Assembly (NCBI GenBank): GCA_019058295.1
Contig: JAHPZI010000028.1
Coordinates: 139,715-203,714 of the forward strand
Reading direction: 5' to 3'
Length of the DNA: 64,000 nucleotides
Source of the DNA: Promethearchaeota archaeon
Lineage (GTDB): Archaea > Asgardarchaeota > Lokiarchaeia > Sigyniarchaeales > SOKP01
The notes below the pieces were generated by a model that worked only from the letters and a program-made list of their open reading frames with translations, had not been told where the DNA came from and made no database searches. This document shows positions 40,350 through 48,067 of this stretch, in pieces. The position numbers and the translations under genes were made by a program. Positions within the stretch are counted from its first letter, which is position 1. Every line of letters starts with the position of its first letter.

Positions 40350-40547
40350 ATGCCAGGAAAAGAAATTGGAATTGTTGGTGTAATTTTAGGTCTGATTATG
40401 AACATAATTTCAATAATTATTATAGTTTTAACCAATGAAGGCGGAATAAGTCCTATTTATATCGTTGTTCTAATTACCCTTATCTTAAATATTATCCTAA
40501 TAATCGGTTTTGTCATACTGATACTCGCTGCGACAAGGGGTACATAG
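40350..40547 (+). CDS. Small two-TM membrane protein
   Basis: Hydrophobic hairpin; GTGA upstream and T-tract downstream. Confidence 0.65.
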   Translation: MPGKEIGIVGVILGLIMNIISIIIIVLTNEGGISPIYIVVLITLILNIILIIGFVILILAATRGT

Positions 40548-40746
40548 AAGTAAAAAATTCAAATTAAGCTAAAAATCTAATTTTTTTTTTATTAAATCGA
40601 TTTTATTTATCTAAATTACAAACTTTAGCTAATTACTTAAATTTATATGTTTCTTTTTTTTTAATATTAGTAAGATATATTTTTTACTAAATAGATATAT
40701 ATTTTAGTAAATAAATCGTATCTAAGTAAGAAGATAAAACAGGAAA

Positions 40747-40947
40747 TTGAAACAAAATCAACTCGGGAAGAAAGAGATGACAGAACAAAAATTAAAAACA
40801 AAGTCAAAAGGCTATATCTGTGAAAAGTGCGGTAATATTATGTTCCCGAGAGTGCTTGCTGTTAAAAAATCTAAGAACTTTAATTTTATAAAAATAATTC
40901 AATGTAATGTATGTCGTCATTATGTTGAATTAAAAAAAAAACCATAG
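40747..40947 (+). CDS. Small zinc-ribbon protein
   Basis: CEKCG...CNVC. Confidence 0.65.
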   Translation: MKQNQLGKKEMTEQKLKTKSKGYICEKCGNIMFPRVLAVKKSKNFNFIKIIQCNVCRHYVELKKKP

Positions 40948-41129
40948 ACTTAACGATATCGATAAGCCAAGCTTTTTATATTTACACTTTTCTTAAGATT
41001 TAATTAGAACTTTCAATCCAAATAGAATAAGTGAATTACATAAAAGGGATTTTTACAAAAACATTAAATATTAATCTATAGATTTTTTATTTAATCAGAT
41101 AATTCTTAAAAAAAAATAAAATCAGATCA

Positions 41130-42902
41130 ATGGCTAAAAAGGATTCGAAATCTAAAATGGAAACATCTCCCGTAGAAATTTTGAAGAAAGAACATGAAAG
41201 CTTAATTAAAGCGAAATCTGAAGCTCTAAGCATGCGATTAGAGGAGTTATCTAAAAATAAGAGAATTGAAATAGATGAAATTAAAAGCCAAATTAGTGCA
41301 CACGAAAAAGAAATAACTAAGATCGAAGAAAAATTCGCAAAGGAAGAAGCTTCAGTAGAAAAAGACGTTGATGATGAATTTGCTCCTCAAATAAAGAAAA
41401 TTACATCAGAATTAGAGATTAAACAGAAGAAATTAGATGAGGCAATTAAAAAGGAAGAAGAACTAACCGTAAAAAAGAAAGCCTTAATTGATACTATTAA
41501 AAATTTAAAAAAAACCCAAAAATTAGCAATATCTTTAGCAGAAAAATCTAAAGTTCTAAGTACGCAATTAAAAAGCCTTCCAGAAAAAGAAGAATCCTTG
41601 GAGGAAAAAACTACTTCGAAGTTAGGAATTGATAATGAATTTGACACCCAAATAAAGGATATTGACGCTAAATTAAGCGCTGAAGAGCAGAATTTAGAAG
41701 CTATTATCAAAGATATTGACGATTGGACCGTAAAAAAAAATGAATTAAAGGATATAGTAAAAAATTTGAAGAGAGAGAATGGGATCTTAGAAAAAGCGAG
41801 ATCTAAAATTCTAAATCCTCGATTAGATGAATTATCTAAAAATAAGAAAAATGAAATAAACGAAATTAGGAAAAATATTAGTGCGAACGAGAAAGAAATA
41901 ACAAAGGTCGAACAAAATTTTGCAAAGAAAGAAGCTTCTTTAGCAAAAGAAGTTGATAATGAATTTGATCCTCAAATAGCTAAAGCTTTATCAAAATTAC
42001 AGAAGAAATTAGAAGAAACAATCAAAAAGGTTGATGTAACGCCCGTAAAAAAGGAAGAATTAGTAAGAAAACCAAAAATCGAAGTAAAACCTAAAAAGGA
42101 GATCGCTCCTGAAGAACTTAGAATATGCCCCGCATGTGGGCGAGATACTAAAATTTCTCATAAATTCTGTAAATTTTGCGGTATAAGCTTTAATCGTATT
42201 GATGCTGTTATGACAAAATTATCTGACGCAGAAAAGAAAGAATTAGAGTCAGTTCTTAAAAAAGAGAAAAAGGAGAGAATATGTCCCGCATGTGGGCGAA
42301 AAATTAAACTAGGTATGAAATTCTGTAAATTTTGCGGCGTAGAAATTAGTCGTATTGAAGCAATATTGACAAAAGCAACTAAATCAGAGGCTAAAGAATT
42401 AGGAGCAGTACCTAAAAAGGATTTGAAACCTAAAAAAGTAGTCGCTCCCAAAAAGCAAAAAGCAGGTGTAATAGCAGCCGCTGATACGGTAGGGCTATCC
42501 GAAACAGAAAAGAAAGAATTGGAAAGAACAGAATCTGAGATGGATATAAAAAAGAAAGAAGTTAAATGTATTGTACATAGAGGGCCTATCGTTGGAAGTA
42601 TATATCTCTGTCCAAACTGCATGACCTATTATTGCGTAAAATGCGCTAAAGCATTGAAAGAAAAAGGTGAAGCCTGTTGGTCTTGTGGAGAAAAGATTGA
42701 AATTGCCGTATCTGAATCAGAAATTAAACAAAGAATTAAAGATTATGAGACCAGATTAGATTCTCTTAAAATAACTGTAAAAAATCTTGATGAAAGTTTC
42801 TTCACCGGTGCCATTGGTAAAGAAGAATATATAAAAATGAAAGATTCTCTGACAGAAAAAATAGGGGTTCTATTAAGAGAAATTAATAATTATAAAAGTT
42901 AG
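41130..42902 (+). CDS. Coiled-coil repeat protein with two zinc-ribbon modules and a C-terminal RING-like domain
   Basis: Internal duplications; two CPACG...CKFCG modules; CIVH-CPNC-CVKC-CWSC. Confidence 0.75.
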   Translation: MAKKDSKSKMETSPVEILKKEHESLIKAKSEALSMRLEELSKNKRIEIDEIKSQISAHEKEITKIEEKFAKEEASVEKDVDDEFAPQIKKITSELEIKQKKLDEAIKKEEELTVKKKALIDTIKNLKKTQKLAISLAEKSKVLSTQLKSLPEKEESLEEKTTSKLGIDNEFDTQIKDIDAKLSAEEQNLEAIIKDIDDWTVKKNELKDIVKNLKRENGILEKARSKILNPRLDELSKNKKNEINEIRKNISANEKEITKVEQNFAKKEASLAKEVDNEFDPQIAKALSKLQKKLEETIKKVDVTPVKKEELVRKPKIEVKPKKEIAPEELRICPACGRDTKISHKFCKFCGISFNRIDAVMTKLSDAEKKELESVLKKEKKERICPACGRKIKLGMKFCKFCGVEISRIEAILTKATKSEAKELGAVPKKDLKPKKVVAPKKQKAGVIAAADTVGLSETEKKELERTESEMDIKKKEVKCIVHRGPIVGSIYLCPNCMTYYCVKCAKALKEKGEACWSCGEKIEIAVSESEIKQRIKDYETRLDSLKITVKNLDESFFTGAIGKEEYIKMKDSLTEKIGVLLREINNYKS

Positions 42903-43095
42903 TTATTCCTTCATCTAAATTTTTAAAATTAACTATATAAATAATTTAAATTTGACTCAATTCAAGGCAAATTAGAATTATATTTTAAAACACTAAAATA
43001 AATCCATTAATAAATTATATAATATATTAATATACTGAAAATCAAATATAATATATCGAATTTTAATATTAAAAATAAAAAGGAATAAATGTATT

Positions 43096-43353
43096 ATGAG
43101 AATCTCTGTGGAAGATAGTCGGACAGGCAAGCTGATTAAGCTCGATGTAAAAGAACATCATCAGATTGAACGAATTGTAGACATTATCGTCAAACATATG
43201 GGGATTATTAGCACAGAACAACGCTCATATACTTTAGTTTTGAACGATCAGGAATTGCCTACAACCATAACAATAGAAGATGCTATACACAAATATGGCT
43301 TAAAGGAAAATGACAAATTAGCCTTATGGGCTAGAGTAGTTGGGGGCTTTTAA
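43096..43353 (+). CDS. Ubiquitin-like modifier precursor (beta-grasp, ends RVVGG-F)
   Basis: MRISVED.RTGKLIKLDV, YGLKENDKLAL, di-Gly near C-terminus; adjacent to E2/E1/JAB genes. Confidence 0.88.
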   Translation: MRISVEDSRTGKLIKLDVKEHHQIERIVDIIVKHMGIISTEQRSYTLVLNDQELPTTITIEDAIHKYGLKENDKLALWARVVGGF

Positions 43354-43913
43354 TCGTCGATTATAACAATATCGTCATCTGCCTCTTCTGCTTCTGCTTT
43401 TTCAAAATCATACTTTTCTTTAAGATCTGCCATCGTATTATGTTTGAAAAATTCAGTAGCCTCTAAACAAATAGGATAATTTAAAGGATCATCTGGATTT
43501 GGATTTTCTACGAGTAGTTTTAGTGCTTTTACAGTGGTATCCATATCAGATAAGAGAGACCATTTCTTTAAGACATTAAGGCAAATGTATCCCGTTCCAG
43601 TTTCTCCAGAACCTAATTCGACCGGATGGATATTTGGGTGGAATATAGGGGAATACCAAGCAAAATCTATGCCTCCTGGATAGGGGAAGTTTCGATTAAG
43701 CTTCAGCATAATTTTATGATTCTTTTGAGGGATTAATTCCAAGCTTTGCGATCCCTCCTTTAAAACAAAGCCTAACGATTTTATATTTACAATTAATTCA
43801 ACTGAGTTTTCCTTGCGAATTATACTATTATCCTCAAGAACGTTTAAACGTTTTAAAGACTCCAATTCATTTTCGATACGGTCTTTCCAAATTTCAAGTG
43901 GAAGCTCTGGCAT
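43350..43913 (-). CDS. Ubiquitin-conjugating enzyme E2-like
   Basis: FPYP, IFHPNI, GYICLNVLKKWS, NPNPDDPLN. Confidence 0.92.
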   Translation of the reverse strand: MPELPLEIWKDRIENELESLKRLNVLEDNSIIRKENSVELIVNIKSLGFVLKEGSQSLELIPQKNHKIMLKLNRNFPYPGGIDFAWYSPIFHPNIHPVELGSGETGTGYICLNVLKKWSLLSDMDTTVKALKLLVENPNPDDPLNYPICLEATEFFKHNTMADLKEKYDFEKAEAEEADDDIVIIDD

Positions 43914-43992
43914 TTCTAAACCCGTTTATTTAATTATAAATTTTATATACCAATACTAATATTTATAACTTTGTTCATAACCATATAAGAAT

Positions 43993-44874
43993 TTATTTTT
44001 TATTAAAACTGCAGATCCAACACTTAGGATCTTTTCTTTTTTCTATTATATCAAATTTATTTGTGAGCCCATTGTAATTTAGTTGTTTATTTATAAGAGG
44101 TTCTCCTATATTTGGATGCCATTTTCCATGTTCTTTGAAATAATCTATTCCTAAGACAAATTTTAATACCTGTTGTGTTTGAATTCCACCAATTATAGCG
44201 GTAGTAGTAATTATTGTTGCCATTTTTCCCATTGACTCACCATTTTCGGATTTTATTTCTTGTCCAGTACAGGAAAACTTTTTCCACATCAAATTTAAAT
44301 CAGCACTAGTTATTCCACATTGTAAACAAGCTGCATTTTCAACTCCTGAATATACAGCTTGTACAGAACCAAAAAACTCATCGATACCACTGTCAATAAA
44401 AGGAATACCATAATAATAGGCATAATTATTTGCTTGAAGTCGGGCTTCGATATTATCGAGACATGAACAGACAACATCAGACTGTTTATAAAGATTTTTA
44501 TCAATATCATTTAAATCCTGCTTTAATGCAACAATTTCTACCTCTGAATTTAAATTTTCGCAGGCTTCTTTAACAACATCAACTTTATATTTATTTTCAA
44601 TTGTACATTCCATGTTAAATAATACACACCGATTAAGATTTGATTTTTCAATAATATCATAATCGATTAAAATAATTTTTCTAATCCCAGTAAGTACTAG
44701 ATTTTTAATTAATTCATTTCCAGTGGCACCAGCACCCACAACCATAATCGTTGCATTCGATATTTTATTTTGATCCCATCCAGGGATTCGTTTTTGACGA
44801 TCGTAAATATCCTCATCTATCGAATCTAATCCTAATACTTTATAATCTTTATTAATATCTTTTTTTCTAGTCAT
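43993..44874 (-). CDS. Ubiquitin-activating enzyme E1-like (ThiF family)
   Basis: YDRQ, VGAGATG, SNLNR, CLDNIEAR, CLQC, FSC, CWIC. Confidence 0.92.
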   Translation of the reverse strand: MTRKKDINKDYKVLGLDSIDEDIYDRQKRIPGWDQNKISNATIMVVGAGATGNELIKNLVLTGIRKIILIDYDIIEKSNLNRCVLFNMECTIENKYKVDVVKEACENLNSEVEIVALKQDLNDIDKNLYKQSDVVCSCLDNIEARLQANNYAYYYGIPFIDSGIDEFFGSVQAVYSGVENAACLQCGITSADLNLMWKKFSCTGQEIKSENGESMGKMATIITTTAIIGGIQTQQVLKFVLGIDYFKEHGKWHPNIGEPLINKQLNYNGLTNKFDIIEKRKDPKCWICSFNKK

Positions 44875-44898
44875 TTTTGTTATGAGCCAATAAATTAT

Positions 44899-45390
44899 TC
44901 ATTTTGGGGAAATAATAGCAAAACTTATTGGTTTGTATCCATTTTCAGAATTATTATCAAGACTAAAAAATTTATAATATTTTTTTACGGGATCCACGAC
45001 TAGAGCTACTTGATACGACTCAGGAAAGAAAAATCTCTGAGTTTCCACATCTGTCGAACTCAAGAAACAGCCAAAATCGGGATGTGAGTGCCACCACCCA
45101 ACTATTCTTAAGTCTTCATTATTTCTTTTACTTTTTAACTTCTGAAATTTTTTTTCGTATTTACCCGCAGTTCCTTCTATTTGTGTCGTTGAATATTTAT
45201 GGCTATGGACAGCACCATTAATAAAAAGTTGATTTTCAATGACAACATAAATTATATCATTCCATTTTAAAATGTTCCCAATTAAGTAGCCAAAAATTTC
45301 TAATTCGTTTTTTGTACATAATTTTTTAATGTTATTTAAAACAGCTTCTTCCATATATACAGGGAATACAAAATTTTCGTCAATTGTCAT
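44899..45390 (-). CDS. JAB/MPN+ isopeptidase (Ubl-processing/deconjugating)
   Basis: EIFGYLIG; GWWHSHPDFGCFLSSTD; LVVDP. Confidence 0.92.
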   Translation of the reverse strand: MTIDENFVFPVYMEEAVLNNIKKLCTKNELEIFGYLIGNILKWNDIIYVVIENQLFINGAVHSHKYSTTQIEGTAGKYEKKFQKLKSKRNNEDLRIVGWWHSHPDFGCFLSSTDVETQRFFFPESYQVALVVDPVKKYYKFFSLDNNSENGYKPISFAIISPK

Positions 45391-46322
45391 TTTTCATTTT
45401 GCCTTGCTTTTAATTTCTCTAAGACTGAAATCTTTAACATTTCAGTAAATATCGAATAGATTTTTTCTTTTGAGTCTTCTTTAATCGCTGAGAATCCATA
45501 TGTTTTTATCTCAAAGGCTTTTTCAATTTTATCAGGTTCAAACGCAGAATCCTTTAAATCTTGAAAATTTGCTATAATATAAAAATCGGCTTTCTTAACT
45601 AATGGTCTCAATCGGTTAAAAAGACTCCTAGTTCTACCCAAGTTACTAGCTGCTGAATTAGATACAATACAAATAATTTCGACGGTGTCTAATAATTTCC
45701 TATAAAGTTTTGATTTATTTACCAATTCTTCTAAATCTATTTCTCTTAATTTAAATTGTTTTAAATCTTCTACACCTGATACTGCTATAAGCTTCTCAAT
45801 TATTTCATTTAAATCCTCATCCAATTCAAGGACTGTCTGACCGGGGAATAAATCCATTATTGTAGACTTCCCTACGCCAATCTCACCAATTAATAATATT
45901 TTCGGAGGTATAAATATATGTTCTTCGATGAAGTCATCAAAATTGTTGAAAGTTGAAACATTTCCGTCAAAATTTTTTAATAATTTACTGTATCTTTTTA
46001 AAAATTCAGATTTCATTAGTTCTACTTTAGGTCTAGCCTCTTCTTCTAAGTCGTCTATATCGGTAACAACAATAAACATACAACCAAATTCATCATCATA
46101 AGAATATATAAAATTGAAGTTTCTAAAGTTTAGAGCCTTAATTTCGCCCCCTTTTATTTCTTGTGCAAAACTGCTAATTGCTGTAAGAAAACCACTAATT
46201 AAATCGTCATCAGCTTCTAAATCACTGGAGCTCTTTCCAAAAAAATTTTTAGAATAACACAAAATGCCTCCTGCCGCGATAATAAGAACCCTAGAGATCA
46301 TTTTTATATCCTTTTTTTCCAC
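45387..46322 (-). CDS. Longin/roadblock-like domain fused to a divergent small GTPase
   Basis: DDLISGFLTAISSFAQEI; GEIGVGKST, ANFQD, FSA. Confidence 0.82.
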   Translation of the reverse strand: MEKKDIKMISRVLIIAAGGILCYSKNFFGKSSSDLEADDDLISGFLTAISSFAQEIKGGEIKALNFRNFNFIYSYDDEFGCMFIVVTDIDDLEEEARPKVELMKSEFLKRYSKLLKNFDGNVSTFNNFDDFIEEHIFIPPKILLIGEIGVGKSTIMDLFPGQTVLELDEDLNEIIEKLIAVSGVEDLKQFKLREIDLEELVNKSKLYRKLLDTVEIICIVSNSAASNLGRTRSLFNRLRPLVKKADFYIIANFQDLKDSAFEPDKIEKAFEIKTYGFSAIKEDSKEKIYSIFTEMLKISVLEKLKARQNEK

Positions 46323-46625
46323 TTGATAATTGAATTCAATTGAATAGATTTAAAATGATAAATTTTTACTAATTTTAATCATTCAGAGATTCACGTATAA
46401 TTTAATTATTTATATGTTTTTTATATTTTTTAATTTATGTTGTTTTAGATTAATTATTCCTCTTATAAAATTGAAAAAAGAATTGACTCAGATTATCGTT
46501 TAAAAAATATTTAAATTTCCTTGCTTTTCATATCAAAAATTTATATCCAGATCACGAAAATAAATATATTATAACAAATTAAAATTAATATTAAAATAAA
46601 TATAGAACTAAGAAGGCTAACCACA

Positions 46626-46751
46626 TTGGGAGAGAAAGAAGAAAAGCACCCAACTATAGTAGAAACTGAAGAGAAAGAAATACCGGAAAAAAGACCACCT
46701 AATGATAAAATTCTCTATTTCAATATAGCAGATAACAAAGATAAAAATTAG
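46626..46751 (+). CDS. Possible 41-aa micro-protein (MGEKEEKHPTIVETEEKEIPEKRPPNDKILYFNIADNKDKN)
   Basis: TTG start; coding-like purine-rich composition inside an AT-rich gap. Confidence 0.4.
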   Translation: MGEKEEKHPTIVETEEKEIPEKRPPNDKILYFNIADNKDKN

Positions 46752-46840
46752 GTAAATACCAATCGATATTTGTTTTATTTATTAACTCATTTTAACAATT
46801 TGAATAATTAAGTTAATTTTAATTTATTTAAAAGAAAGAA

Positions 46841-46960
46841 AGAAGGGCCAACGAAATCCACACAATTTTGCAAAAATTAGGGAGAAAATTAAACTCTAAA
46901 CAGAGTTTAATAGAGGGCGAAATCCAATGTTGTGCGTGAATTTTGCTAAATTTCCCTTCT
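46841..46960. other. Structured intergenic element (candidate ncRNA or tandem operator)
   Basis: Terminal AGAAGGG/CCCTTCT pairing, perfect 10-bp hairpin at 46888-46911, two CGAAATCCA...AATTTTGC modules. Confidence 0.35.
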
Positions 46961-47185
46961 ATACATATTTATCATTTGGTTGATTAATAAATATAGGTTT
47001 ATTGACAGTTTTATGTTCTAATAGAACATACATATTTTAACTTAAATTATTCAGATTGAAAACTGTATTTTATGAAATATTAACTTACTTTAAAGTTAAT
47101 TTATAAAAAATATAAATGATTTAAGTAAGAAATTGTTAATTTTTAAAGTAAAACCTCTTGCTATTTTTTTAATCGCATTAATCGT

Positions 47186-47989
47186 TTAAAGAAGTTCTAA
47201 AATCTTAATTTTCATTCCGTCCTGAGCAGCAATGATGTTCTTTATCTTGGTGTATTTTTTTAGTTTTTCAACTTGGCTTGGGACATGATTTTTTTTAGAG
47301 CGTGGTCCATCCATATAGGACCCAAAATGAGTTATTATTAAGCTGTCAAGCGGGGGATTTATTTTATTTAAATAAGGAATAACTTCATCTGTGCATAAAT
47401 GCCGTTTGCATGTAATTGAGTCTGGTCTTAAAAGATTTAAAATTAAAATATTAACACCATTAAATTGTTCTGAAAAACCATCGAAAACCATGGTATCACT
47501 GGAGAAAGCAAGTGAGTAATTCTTCAGATTAAATCTAATCCCGAATCCTTCTACTTTTGGACTATGAATTACCTTAGTAGCAACAATATCTACTCCCTTA
47601 TAGTTAAAAGTATCACCCGGTGTAAAAATTACAGTTTTTTCGAGCATATTTAAATGATAATCCGAAATGAATCGCATGGTGTCTTCCGTTGTAAATAAAA
47701 TCCCCTTTTTAAAGTAATTGTAATTTCTATCATGAAGAATTTCATGGGAAGATTCAATAATAGCACTTAAATCGTTAAAATGATCAATATGAACATGGGT
47801 AGCAAAAAATAAATCAGTTTTAGTTGGATCTTCTTTATATTGATTTATTCGAACTAAAGCTCCTGGTCCTGGATCTATGTGGGCTTGTGTACCATTAAAT
47901 TTATAGAGATATCCTCCCGTAGCTCTATGTTGGGTTCTGATATGATGCCTTCCTCCTCCAGATCCGAGTATAATTAATTCATCTTCCAT
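47186..47989 (-). CDS. MBL-fold metallo-hydrolase (RNase Z/PhnP-like archaeal family)
   Basis: LGSGGGR, IDPGPG, THVHIDH, SSDT, ITHFG. Confidence 0.88.
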   Translation of the reverse strand: MEDELIILGSGGGRHHIRTQHRATGGYLYKFNGTQAHIDPGPGALVRINQYKEDPTKTDLFFATHVHIDHFNDLSAIIESSHEILHDRNYNYFKKGILFTTEDTMRFISDYHLNMLEKTVIFTPGDTFNYKGVDIVATKVIHSPKVEGFGIRFNLKNYSLAFSSDTMVFDGFSEQFNGVNILILNLLRPDSITCKRHLCTDEVIPYLNKINPPLDSLIITHFGSYMDGPRSKKNHVPSQVEKLKKYTKIKNIIAAQDGMKIKILELL

Positions 47990-48067
47990 TTTTCTATGAC
48001 CAGAATTCAGTTTTTATTATATATCCTTAATGAATAGTAACTTAATAAATGATAAGTTCATATCAAT

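Noticed and set aside
46841-46960. 5S rRNA or tRNA
   Set aside because: The length fits 5S, but the conserved CCGAAC/GAAGTTAAG motifs and any cloverleaf/TTCGA arm are absent.
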